Part shown: in pieces, positions 24,516 through 33,735 of the stretch
Position numbering within the stretch: position 1 is the first letter of the stretch
How the letters are laid out: every line of letters starts with the position of its first letter
Assembly: GCA_043810165.1 (NCBI GenBank)
Contig: JBDROJ010000013.1
Coordinates: forward strand, 1 to 60,419
Direction: 5' to 3'
DNA: 60,419 nt
Source of the DNA: a bacterium
GTDB lineage: Bacteria > Patescibacteriota > Patescibacteriia > Magasanikbacterales > GWA2-37-8
Translations under genes and position numbers: made by a program
The notes under the pieces: model-generated
Databases searched by the model: none
Told to the model about the DNA's origin: nothing
The model's input: the letters and a program-made list of their open reading frames with translations, nothing else

Positions 24516-25301
24516 ATGACTAAAAAATTATCAAAATATATCGTTAAGTTACGTCGAGAGAATAATTATTCTCAAGAATTTTTGGCAGAAAAAATTGGTA
24601 TATCTCGTCCAACCTATATGCAAATAGAAAAAGGTCTAAGGGATCTAACTATAACTGAAGCTAGAACCTTGGCTGGTATTTTTGGTTTGTCTTTAGATGG
24701 TTTTTTAGAGATGGATTCACCTAGCGGATATAATGTCCAAATAAAGGCAAAGAAAAAAAAACCACCAACAAAACAGGATATTAGGATTAGCGTGCCTCAA
24801 GAAAGAGTGGAAAAATTTAAGCAGGCTTTATTGTATATTTTACAGAAAGTTGGTGCCAGGCCAAATGTTGGAGAGACTGTTTTGTATAAACTATTATATT
24901 TTATTGATTTTGATTATTATGAGAAATATGAAGAGCAATTGATCGGAGCTAGATATATTAAAAATATCCACGGCCCTACACCTGTAGCATTTAAGAAAAT
25001 ATTTGAACAAATGGAGCAGGAAGGGCAGGCCACTAAAGTTAGGAGCAAATATTTTCAATATGACCAAAAAAAATATCTACCATTAATTAGTCCAGATTTG
25101 ACTGTTTTTACAGCCAGGGAGATTGTGCATATTGACGATGTTTTGAATCGTTTGGCTGGTAAAACTGGCAAGGAGCTGTCTGATTATTCGCACAAAGACA
25201 CTCCATGGCTTACTAGTGAAATGGGTAAGCAATTGAGCTATGAATCAGTTTTTTATCGAGATAGTGATCATTCAGTTAAGGAGTATGAAGATGAACTTTA
25301 G
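24516..25301 (+). CDS. XRE-family HTH fused to a DUF4065/Panacea (SocA/PanA-like) antitoxin domain
   Basis: 261 aa. N-terminal LRRENNYSQEFLAEKIGISRPTYMQIEKG. C-terminal ETVLYKLLYFIDFDYYEKYEEQLIGARYIKNIHGPTP is typical of DUF4065. Confidence 0.7.
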   Translation: MTKKLSKYIVKLRRENNYSQEFLAEKIGISRPTYMQIEKGLRDLTITEARTLAGIFGLSLDGFLEMDSPSGYNVQIKAKKKKPPTKQDIRISVPQERVEKFKQALLYILQKVGARPNVGETVLYKLLYFIDFDYYEKYEEQLIGARYIKNIHGPTPVAFKKIFEQMEQEGQATKVRSKYFQYDQKKYLPLISPDLTVFTAREIVHIDDVLNRLAGKTGKELSDYSHKDTPWLTSEMGKQLSYESVFYRDSDHSVKEYEDEL

Positions 25302-25638
25302 ACATACAAAAGAATTTGATCGTGATTTTAAGAGACTAGCCAAAAAATATCGAAGTTTATCAGATGATTTAGACGAGTTTAAAAAAGTTGTTAAAGTTCG
25401 AACACTGGGTATAGGTAAAAATTTTGTCATACTTACACAAGACCGAAAAAACTGCATAATTAAAGCAAGATTGTTTTGTCGCAATCTAAAGGGGAGTAGT
25501 CTTAGGATAATTTATGCATATATTCAAAGTAGTGATAAAGTCGAATTTATTGGTATAGAATTTATAGAACTGTATTACAAAGGCGACAAAGTGCGAGAAG
25601 ATATAGAAAGAATAAAAAATTATTTGGAACAGATTTAA
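25285..25638 (+). CDS. RelE/HigB (Gp49-like) superfamily toxin candidate
   Basis: I moved the start from the track's 25240 to ATG 25285 (MKMNFRHTKEFDRDFKRL...), which overlaps the antitoxin stop by 17 nt. The SSLRIIYAY...IELYYKGDK pattern is RelE-like. Confidence 0.55.
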   Translation: MKMNFRHTKEFDRDFKRLAKKYRSLSDDLDEFKKVVKVRTLGIGKNFVILTQDRKNCIIKARLFCRNLKGSSLRIIYAYIQSSDKVEFIGIEFIELYYKGDKVREDIERIKNYLEQI

Positions 25639-25640
25639 CG

Positions 25641-25675
25641 AAAAAACCTCGAGCGATCAAGCCCGAGGTTTTTTA
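25641..25675. terminator. Bidirectional intrinsic terminator between convergent genes
   Basis: aaaaaacctcg-agcgatcaagcc-cgaggtttttt. The A-run and T-run flank the stem. Confidence 0.7.
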
Positions 25676-25688
25676 ATTGTGTCAATTT

Positions 25689-28600
25689 CTATTTAATTTC
25701 ATAAGCACCCATATCTGTTCCGCTTCCTTTTGGCCTGCCAGAGCCTGTAAAATCAACACTGGTCAAACCAGTTGTGCCAGAATCGATCGTCGGACTACTA
25801 GTCTTTACTTTCAGATCAAAACTTGATCCAACCGAGTTAAACAAAGGATCTTGGCCACAAATATTATGCGTGCCAATTGAACAGTAAGTGTTAATATTTT
25901 TAGCTTGATAAACCAGATTGTAATCATTATCAAAATTAGTACCGCCTTCAGTATATAGATAGAAAGATTTTTCATTTGGTTGATGATAATCAGTGCCTGC
26001 GTAAAAAATATTATTTCTCAATTTTATAGTTCCTCCGCCTTCAGCATAAACTAATCCATCACCTTCACTATATACGGAATTATTATATACTAGAACAGGT
26101 GAATTTGCTCCGGTTAAATCCAGGGAAAGTGCGTTTCCAAGTGCTCGGCAATTATCCACATTATGGGTAAACGACTTGCCTTGGAAGTACGCGCAATTTC
26201 CAACTACCACACTGTCAGTAATTTGAGCATTGCCAGTGGTTTTAATTTGATTGCCTGCGTTGCCCTCGGCATGAACTCTTGTAACGGTTATTTTGCCTCC
26301 ATCGCGATGATACAACATATCCAATCCATCCGAAGTATTATACAAGAAAGTGGAATCTTCAAATATCCAGTCTCCGCCAGTAGCACCCGTACCCAGTCCG
26401 TCACCATAACCACCGGCTGTCTGTCCCCAACAACCCACGGGTTTTCTCCCAGGATAAGTTTCGCCACAGCCATTCCAGTCAATATTTACTTTTTTGAAAG
26501 TAATAGTACCGGAATTGCTGTCATTTCCGCTGATATCTCCATCCCAGCCAACCCATCCATTACCCGAGATAATGGTGTTTTCTATTGTCCAATCAGTTAA
26601 TCTTCCGGCCTCAATGCCAGTATGGCCAAGTCCGTGGATATCCAGATTTTTCAATTTTACATTTTTTGAGTCAGAAGCTCTGACGCCGATTGAAGCCCAA
26701 TCGCCGAACGGTGCATTGTCGCGATTGCAGGCATTGCCACCGCTATGAGATTCAACACATTGAGAATGATCAGTAATTTCCAAACATTGCATTTCAACAT
26801 TATTACTGCCAGCCATATCAATTATGGCCCAGGGCCGGCCAGAGCCCCATAGTTCTGGTTTGGAAGTACAGCCAGAGTTCCAATCTTGTCCTAAAATCCT
26901 TGTCGGCTTATCTGCGCTTAATCCAGAAGGTATTCTAGGCATCATACAATCATAACTCCAAGCTTGATAACATTTGTCTTCATTGGTTGCGCCTGGCGCG
27001 CCAGTTCCCATTTTGTAAGAGCCATTGGCAATAATCAAAGTATCACTGCCTTTTATTTTGGCTGTTCCGCCAGGAGGCATGGCAATAAATGGATGTTTCC
27101 AAGCGCAAGACTGGTTAGAACCACTGCCTGGGTAATCAACATTATTTTTTCCATCACATTGACCGGCATCTCCTCCGCCAGTCCTAATATAATAGGTAGT
27201 GCCGTAAGAAGGATCGGGCGTCGGTGTTGGAGTTGGCGTTGGGGTAGGGGTTGGTGTAGGTGTCGGTGTTGGCGTCGGTGTCGGAGTCGGGGTAGGCGTT
27301 GGCGTTGGCGTTGGCGTTGGAGTAGGTGTAGGAGTCGGAGTGCTTGGTCTGGTAAGCTTAATTACATTGCCACAAATAACCTTCCCTGATTTTTGTTTTA
27401 CACAGATGCGATAATAATAGGAAACGCCAACCTTGGCTGTTGTGTCATTATAGGAAGTGAAATTTTTATCAGTACTATATTCAATATATCCATCAGTTGG
27501 GTATGCTAAATTAGCATTAGTTTGTGAACGAACTACCTTATAAAACTCTAGATCATCACCTGCATATTTAGTCCAACTTAATTGATTGCCATCTGTCTTA
27601 GCTTGCCCGGATATGGTTGGAACTGTGGTTGGAACAGGGGTTGGTGTTGGAGTCGGGGTTGGTGTTGGAACAGGCGCGGGTTTAGGAATATCTATTTTAA
27701 CTGAATTACTGCATAAGTATGTTTTTACATTAGTTTGAACACATAAACTATAATAATATGTTGCACCAGCTTTAATTTTTTTGTCTGCATAGCTGGCATT
27801 GCTATTTACCTTTTCTGTAAGCATTAATTTATCCCCAGGATATTTTGGAGCCGTGTTGGTTTCTGATCTCACAAGACGATAATACAGAAAATTAGCGCCA
27901 TCATATTTGGACCAAGTTAAATATGCCCCGTCAGCCTTGCCTTGGCCGGATAATATCGGCGCTGTGGGCGGAAGAGCCGGGTTGGTGCAGTTGCTTGCCG
28001 GATAAACAGTGACTTGAGTTTTGTCCAATATGGCAGGTATTGCTTGGGTTATTTTATCGCAGTATTTCATGCCGGAAATAAATTTTGGATCAAGGTCGCG
28101 CACAAATTTTTTCTGGAATTTATTGGCTGTAAATCCATCGTCAGTCACTTCTCTTAAAGTACCATCAATATATACATAATAGGTTATGCCGTTGACTCTA
28201 ATCAGCATGCCCGGATGCGGTTTGGACGCGTCAATGTCAGCGCCTTTATTAATATAGTTCGGCCAAAAGATTGGATTTATACTTCTAACTTGAAATTTTC
28301 CTTGTTTGTTGCCGTACAGATCTTTCACTATTTGCAGATTGGTTAGTCTAGCCAGAGTATTATTGGGCAGAACTGCATAATAGTGGTCAGCATATGCATG
28401 CTTGACCACATAACTGCCGGGAGCGTAATTGATGCCGTCCGGATTTTGTTTGGGTACTCCCAAATCAGCAAAACATTCTGAAGTTATTTTTTTGTAATCA
28501 TATTGAGCTTCCCAGCTTTTATATTCTACTCCGCCAGGAAAATACATTAATTCATATTTTGAATTGAGCAGGAAAATAGATGAATAGTCATCTACCTTTA

Positions 28601-28781
28601 TCATATCCCCAATTTTGAGATTGACAGGACAAGAATACGGCAGGCCTTGGGCAGGCATATATGTGGAGGCGATGGCTGTTCGTACAGTGTTGAAATTGGT
28701 TGCGCAGAGCGCTATCATGGCTATTGTGCTTAGCATTAGCGTGATTTTAATTGATTTTGGTACTTGCATATATTTTGTCAA
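25689..28781 (-). CDS. Large secreted protein: signal/transmembrane anchor, two FN3-like modules, Pro-Thr linkers, C-terminal right-handed beta-helix
   Basis: 1030 aa. N-terminal hydrophobic segment and (TP)n runs. Repetitive NxxIxGNG-type motifs (NLDIHGLGHTGIEAG, IENTIISGNGWVGWDG, HAEGNAGNQIK) are typical of the pectate-lyase fold. Confidence 0.75.
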   Translation of the reverse strand: MTKYMQVPKSIKITLMLSTIAMIALCATNFNTVRTAIASTYMPAQGLPYSCPVNLKIGDMIKVDDYSSIFLLNSKYELMYFPGGVEYKSWEAQYDYKKITSECFADLGVPKQNPDGINYAPGSYVVKHAYADHYYAVLPNNTLARLTNLQIVKDLYGNKQGKFQVRSINPIFWPNYINKGADIDASKPHPGMLIRVNGITYYVYIDGTLREVTDDGFTANKFQKKFVRDLDPKFISGMKYCDKITQAIPAILDKTQVTVYPASNCTNPALPPTAPILSGQGKADGAYLTWSKYDGANFLYYRLVRSETNTAPKYPGDKLMLTEKVNSNASYADKKIKAGATYYYSLCVQTNVKTYLCSNSVKIDIPKPAPVPTPTPTPTPTPVPTTVPTISGQAKTDGNQLSWTKYAGDDLEFYKVVRSQTNANLAYPTDGYIEYSTDKNFTSYNDTTAKVGVSYYYRICVKQKSGKVICGNVIKLTRPSTPTPTPTPTPTPTPTPTPTPTPTPTPTPTPTPTPTPTPTPTPDPSYGTTYYIRTGGGDAGQCDGKNNVDYPGSGSNQSCAWKHPFIAMPPGGTAKIKGSDTLIIANGSYKMGTGAPGATNEDKCYQAWSYDCMMPRIPSGLSADKPTRILGQDWNSGCTSKPELWGSGRPWAIIDMAGSNNVEMQCLEITDHSQCVESHSGGNACNRDNAPFGDWASIGVRASDSKNVKLKNLDIHGLGHTGIEAGRLTDWTIENTIISGNGWVGWDGDISGNDSNSGTITFKKVNIDWNGCGETYPGRKPVGCWGQTAGGYGDGLGTGATGGDWIFEDSTFLYNTSDGLDMLYHRDGGKITVTRVHAEGNAGNQIKTTGNAQITDSVVVGNCAYFQGKSFTHNVDNCRALGNALSLDLTGANSPVLVYNNSVYSEGDGLVYAEGGGTIKLRNNIFYAGTDYHQPNEKSFYLYTEGGTNFDNDYNLVYQAKNINTYCSIGTHNICGQDPLFNSVGSSFDLKVKTSSPTIDSGTTGLTSVDFTGSGRPKGSGTDMGAYEIK
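27210..27345. repeat. Tandem hexanucleotide (ACNCCN)n tract encoding about 29 Thr-Pro pairs
   Basis: ggcgtcggtgttggagttggcgttggggtagggg...ggcgttggcgttggcgttggcgttgg on the plus strand. A shorter tract lies at about 27610-27690. Confidence 0.85.
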
Positions 28782-28838
28782 AAATATTAATTAATTTTTT
28801 TAGCTAATTTTAATTATACCACAGTGAATTAAGATAAG

Positions 28839-29774
28839 CTAGTTAAAATATGGGATGCCCCACCACTCAATAGGGTTAACGAATCGATACCTTGTTTGTA
28901 AATTATTTAAGATTTCAACTTCGGATTCAGATAATTGGAAATCAAATGCATTTGTGTTGGTTTTGATATGTTCTGGGGTAACACTTTTGGGAATTACAGC
29001 TATTCCGCGTTGTATACCCCAGCGTATTAAAATTTGAGCCGGAGTTTTGCCGTGGACATGGGCTATTTGCAGGATGTCTTTGTCTTCTAAAAGTAGGGGA
29101 GGAGGGCTGGCTTGGTTTCTGTTATTAGTAGGACAGCCAAGCGGTGAATAAGCGGTAACGGCCATGTTTTTGCTTTGACAAAATTTTACTAATTCAAATC
29201 GAGGATTATACGGATGAATTTCAATTTGATTTATTGCAGGCTTGATATTTGTGTATGACAATAAGTCCAAAAGCATAACAGCATTAAAATTTGCTACTCC
29301 GATTGATCTAACCAATCCGGTCTTAACCAGTTCTTCCATGGCTTCCCATGTTTCTCTGATTGGGATATTGTTTGTTATTAAAATTTCATTTTCATCGCGC
29401 TGTTCTTTTTCTAAATTATTTGAAATGGTTATGGCCCAATGAATTAAATACAAGTCTAAATAATCCAGTTGTAGGTTTTGCAAAGAAATTTTACAAGCTT
29501 TTACAACATCATCCTTGGCATGCGAATTATTCCAAAGCTTGCTGGTAATGAATACATCTTCCCTTTTTACATTTCCTTGAGAAAAAACTTGATTTAAGGC
29601 TTGGCCTATTTCTTTTTCATTACCATAAATATGAGCGCAATCAATATGCCGGTATCCGCATTCTTCAAGAGCGTATTTAACTGCCGGACCAACTTTGTCT
29701 GGTTTGGACATCCATGTCCCCAAACCCAGCACCGGAATTTTATATCCGTTATTTAATATAATGTTGTTTTGCAT
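28839..29774 (-). CDS. Aldo/keto reductase
   Basis: 311 aa. Contains LGLGTW, YRHIDCAHIYGNE, ITSKLWN and IPKSVTPEHI. Confidence 0.9.
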   Translation of the reverse strand: MQNNIILNNGYKIPVLGLGTWMSKPDKVGPAVKYALEECGYRHIDCAHIYGNEKEIGQALNQVFSQGNVKREDVFITSKLWNNSHAKDDVVKACKISLQNLQLDYLDLYLIHWAITISNNLEKEQRDENEILITNNIPIRETWEAMEELVKTGLVRSIGVANFNAVMLLDLLSYTNIKPAINQIEIHPYNPRFELVKFCQSKNMAVTAYSPLGCPTNNRNQASPPPLLLEDKDILQIAHVHGKTPAQILIRWGIQRGIAVIPKSVTPEHIKTNTNAFDFQLSESEVEILNNLQTRYRFVNPIEWWGIPYFN

Positions 29775-29800
29775 AAGGTAAAATTACATATTAGAATTTG

Positions 29801-29939
29801 TGTCATTCTCTGTCATTGCGAGGATCGTGGCGTTCCTGTCATTGCGAGCGTAAGCGAAGCAATCTCGTTGATTCTATAGTGACGAGATTGCTTCGTCGCT
29901 CCGCTCCTCGCAATGACAGAGACAAGGCTCGCGATGACA
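29801..29939. repeat. Cluster of GTCATTGCGAG-family palindromic repeats (intergenic)
   Basis: tgtcattctctgtcattgcgagg...ctgtcattgcgagcgtaagcgaagcaatctcgt...acgagattgcttcgtc...ctcgcaatgacag...ctcgcgatgaca. Confidence 0.85.
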
Positions 29940-30020
29940 TATTTATATTATTAAATTAACATGCCAGAGAATCCATGTCAATTGAAATAACCTTGAATTC
30001 GGGTGATTAACCGTTATTGG

Positions 30021-30049
30021 TTGACGATAAGTTATTGGCAGTGTATAAT
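30021..30049 (+). promoter_or_regulatory. sigma70 promoter upstream of infB
   Basis: TTGACG (30021-30026), N17, TATAAT (30044-30049). Confidence 0.6.
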
Positions 30050-30066
30050 AATGAGGATATTAGATT

Positions 30067-32094
30067 ATGAATGTTAGCCAACTAGCAAGACAATTAAGAG
30101 TGCATCCTAAAAAGCTCTTGGAAATACTCCCAGAGTTCGGTTTTGATATTGGCGCACGGGCAATTAAAGTAGATGATCGCATTGCTCAAAAGATAATGAG
30201 ATCGTGGCGCCGTATAAATATGGAATTGGAAAAGAGAGAGGAGACTGAAAAGGAGAAGCAAAAAGAGCTGGATAGACAAGCTAGACAGGAAAGCGGGGCC
30301 ACCATTAATATACCCCCCACAATAACCGTGAGCCAATTGGCAGAAATTTTAGAAATACAAACAACTAAATTGATAATGGAATTAATGAAGAATGGAATAC
30401 TTGCTACAAAGAATGAAGATATTGACAGGGATACAGCCATTTTGATTGCAGAAGAATTAGGTTATCAGGTAAGAGAAGTAGATGAGCACGAACATCCGCA
30501 AGATCAAGAAGATATTGAAGATCATGTGGAAAAGCTTGAAAGTATTCTGTCTGAAGAAGGGCAGACAAAGCGCCCGCCTGTTGTGGTGGTGGTAGGGCAT
30601 GTTGATCATGGCAAGACTAAATTATTGGATGCGATTAGGCATGCCGACGTTGTCAGTAAAGAAGCCGGGGGCATTACTCAACATATTGGCGCCTATCAGG
30701 TTGTTTGGAAAGATCCTAAAACAAAAAAAGATTCTCCACTTACTTTTATTGATACTCCTGGCCATGAAGCTTTTACAGTTATGCGCAGTCGTGGAGCCAA
30801 GGTTGCTGATATCGCCATTTTAGTGGTGGCAGCTGATGATAGCGTCAAGCCACAGACTATTGAATCTATTAGCATTATAAAATCCGCTAAAATACCAATG
30901 GTTGTGGCCATTAACAAGATAGATAAGGAAGGAGCTGATGTGGAAAAGGTAAAAGTTGATTTGTCACAGCACGGAGTAGTATGCGAAGAATGGGGTGGGG
31001 ATGTGCCCATGGTTGCAATTTCTGCCAAACAAAATCAAAACATTGATAAATTATTGGATGTATTGCTGTTAGTAGATGAAATGAACGCAGATGACATTAA
31101 AGCCAATCCAAATCGTCCGGCAGCAGGCACTGTCATTGAGGCTCATATAGATAAAGGAGAGGGTAGTGTGGCCAGCTTATTGGTCCAAGCCGGAACTTTG
31201 CATATCAATGATCCTTTGGTTATTAATGGTGAGATATATGGCAAAGTCAGGGCAATGAAGAATGACAAAGCTGAAAATTTACAAGTGGCGCTTCCAAGTT
31301 GCCCGGTACGTATCTTAGGCTTTAAAGTAGCGCCTCAAGTTGGTGATGTATTGGATGTATCTTCAGTAGATCAAGCTGTTAAAATAGATGTTAAAGATAA
31401 AAAATCAAAACAGTCGCGTGCAGAAAGGCGCACCTCTTCTTCCACTGCCTCTTCAGAAGAAGATGATTGTATTAGAAAAGTTTTAAACTTAGTTATCAAA
31501 GCTGATACTTTGGGGTCTTTGGAAGCGGTTATTGCTTCTTTATCCAAAATTGAGCACCAAAATGTTGGAGTAAGAATAGTTGGTAAAGGACTTGGTAATG
31601 TTACTGCTGATGATGTGGCCAAAGCTGAAGCGGCTGAAGCCATAATTTGTGCTTTTAATGTTGCTGTGCCTTTTAATATACAGGAGATGATTCAAGAGAA
31701 GCATTTAAAATATGCAGAATACAAAATTATTTATGACTTGATTGACTATGTTAAGAAAGAATTAGGGGATTTATTGCAATCTGAAATTGTGGTGGTTGAA
31801 CTTGGCAAACTGGAAATTAAATTTATATTTCATACCGAAAGAAACAAGATGATAGTTGGAGGATTGGTTAAGTCCAGTAAAATAGAGGTTGACTCTAAAC
31901 TTAGAGTAATAAGGCAAGGACAGGAAATAGCGCAGGGCAAATTGGTTCAATTGCAAATTGGTAAACAGGTGGAAAAGCAAGTGCCAGAAGGTACTGAATG
32001 TGGTCTTACTTTTGAAGGGAAAGAAAAATTAGAAGTCGGGGATATTTTAGAGGCATACAAAGAAGAGGTTAGATTGAAGAAGTTGGAAGATTAA
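30067..32094 (+). CDS. infB: Translation initiation factor IF-2
   Basis: 675 aa. Contains RPPVVVVVGHVDHGKTKLLD, DTPGHEAF and NKID. Confidence 0.95.
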   Translation: MNVSQLARQLRVHPKKLLEILPEFGFDIGARAIKVDDRIAQKIMRSWRRINMELEKREETEKEKQKELDRQARQESGATINIPPTITVSQLAEILEIQTTKLIMELMKNGILATKNEDIDRDTAILIAEELGYQVREVDEHEHPQDQEDIEDHVEKLESILSEEGQTKRPPVVVVVGHVDHGKTKLLDAIRHADVVSKEAGGITQHIGAYQVVWKDPKTKKDSPLTFIDTPGHEAFTVMRSRGAKVADIAILVVAADDSVKPQTIESISIIKSAKIPMVVAINKIDKEGADVEKVKVDLSQHGVVCEEWGGDVPMVAISAKQNQNIDKLLDVLLLVDEMNADDIKANPNRPAAGTVIEAHIDKGEGSVASLLVQAGTLHINDPLVINGEIYGKVRAMKNDKAENLQVALPSCPVRILGFKVAPQVGDVLDVSSVDQAVKIDVKDKKSKQSRAERRTSSSTASSEEDDCIRKVLNLVIKADTLGSLEAVIASLSKIEHQNVGVRIVGKGLGNVTADDVAKAEAAEAIICAFNVAVPFNIQEMIQEKHLKYAEYKIIYDLIDYVKKELGDLLQSEIVVVELGKLEIKFIFHTERNKMIVGGLVKSSKIEVDSKLRVIRQGQEIAQGKLVQLQIGKQVEKQVPEGTECGLTFEGKEKLEVGDILEAYKEEVRLKKLED

Positions 32095-32171
32095 ATGAAT
32101 CAAAAACAATTAAAAGAAAATTATAGTATAAAGTTTTTCAACGCTAATTATTTTTTAATTATTTTAAGATT

Positions 32172-32492
32172 ATGTCCTTAATTTTTACAGATCAAAATTT
32201 TAATGATGAAGTTATTAACTCCGATATTCCTGTTTTGGTTGATTTCTGGGCGCCTTGGTGCGGACCATGTCAAATGATGGGGCCGATTATGGACGAATTA
32301 TCTGAAGAATACAAAGATAAGGTCATTAAGATTGGCAAATGTAATGTGGATGAAAGCGGTAATATAGCTGCTCAATTTAGCATTATGAGCATTCCAGCTT
32401 TTATGGTCTTTAAGGGCGGGCAAGTGGTTGATCAAGTTACAGGCGGTGTGCAAAAAGAGAAATTAAAGGAAATGATTGAGAATAATATTTAA
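32172..32492 (+). CDS. trxA: Thioredoxin
   Basis: 106 aa with the WCGPC active site. Confidence 0.95.
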   Translation: MSLIFTDQNFNDEVINSDIPVLVDFWAPWCGPCQMMGPIMDELSEEYKDKVIKIGKCNVDESGNIAAQFSIMSIPAFMVFKGGQVVDQVTGGVQKEKLKEMIENNI

Positions 32493-32503
32493 TTTTTTTA
32501 AAT

Positions 32504-33424
32504 ATGAATAATAAAATTAAAATTCCTTCTATTAATCTTTCCAATGAAGATCTTGCTAGGATTGAAAAAGCAACAAAAGAATTTGTAACAGGTAAGATAG
32601 AGAAAAATGTGAACGGCACGGGAAATAAAGAGTATGAACCATCCTTTGATAAATTATTAATTAATGCTCTCGGTGTGAGATCGTATCTTGAAAGAGGTGG
32701 AGATCCAGATAAAATTGTTGTAGAGTTGAGAAGGCCGAGGTCATTACAATCAGAAAAATTTGTATTAGATAGGAAAAAGACAGAACAAAGAGGACAGGTT
32801 ATGTTTAAAAGCTTGGATGAGAAAAATTTTTGGATAGACTTTGATCTTCAACACGGTGTCTGGAAAACCACAGATCAAACTTTGGATGCCTTGAAAGAGG
32901 AAAGTTCACAAGAAATTGAAAACCATCGCGTTATTGGATGGAAAGAGCCTGTTTTGAATAAGTATGAGGAAACACAATCAGAAGATGTAATAACGCCAGA
33001 GGTAGAGGAAAAAATTGATTACATCCTGGAGGCGTTAAAAGAAAGATTGGATCGGTTATTTGATGATATGAAAAATATAGAATCGGACGGCAATATTTGC
33101 GATTGGGACATAAGAATAAATAAAACCGGGAAGGAAAGCGAGTTGCTTATTGATTTTTTTATGTCCGATATAAGTAGTGATTATGATAAACAATTATTAA
33201 AGAGAAAAATACTTGATAATAATACATCTTTTAAGAGAACCATGCGCCCTAAAGAAATGAAAAATTACAAATTTATGTTTAATGGAGTTGGTATAGATGA
33301 TTTAGTTAGCAGTTTAAAGTTAATAATAATGGTGAATTATAAGGAAAATATGAGTTTCGGACTATGGCATGATGGTAATTACGATTTAACCGCAACTATT
33401 ACATTACAAGAATTAAAAAAATAG
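32504..33424 (+). CDS. Hypothetical protein, paralogue of 33736..34557
   Basis: 306 aa. ERGGDPDKIVVELRRPRSLQSEKFVLDRK parallels DNGGDESKLVFYLNRPRSKKRDKYIFKEQK in the next gene. Confidence 0.6.
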   Translation: MNNKIKIPSINLSNEDLARIEKATKEFVTGKIEKNVNGTGNKEYEPSFDKLLINALGVRSYLERGGDPDKIVVELRRPRSLQSEKFVLDRKKTEQRGQVMFKSLDEKNFWIDFDLQHGVWKTTDQTLDALKEESSQEIENHRVIGWKEPVLNKYEETQSEDVITPEVEEKIDYILEALKERLDRLFDDMKNIESDGNICDWDIRINKTGKESELLIDFFMSDISSDYDKQLLKRKILDNNTSFKRTMRPKEMKNYKFMFNGVGIDDLVSSLKLIIMVNYKENMSFGLWHDGNYDLTATITLQELKK

Positions 33425-33447
33425 TTTTTGATTTTGTTAAGTTTTTT

Positions 33448-33477
33448 AACCGCCGAAATTTAAATCGGCGGTTTTTT
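33448..33477 (+). terminator. Intrinsic terminator
   Basis: 9-bp stem aaccgccga/tcggcggtt followed by TTTTTT. Confidence 0.7.
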
Positions 33478-33735
33478 AAATTTGCTTTTTTAGTTTAAAT
33501 TAGTTAGTATATTGTATATATGCAAGAGTTTTTAAAATAAAAGGTATTTACCCCAGGGCAAGCCATGAGCCCACGCTCGCCAAGCTCGCACAAGGATCGT
33601 GGCAAGCCACGAGGTATTTATCTACGTTTGCTCGGTAAAGAAAAATACAAGTATTTTTCTTTACGTTCGCTTCGCTTGAAAATACATTATTAGAATTGTT
33701 TAATTAGAAATTTGTTTTCATAAATTAATTTTTAT

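Noticed and set aside
26964-27389. The 141-aa ORF rich in RWRWRW.
   Set aside because: It is the antisense reading of the (Thr-Pro)n tract inside the 1030-aa secreted protein gene.
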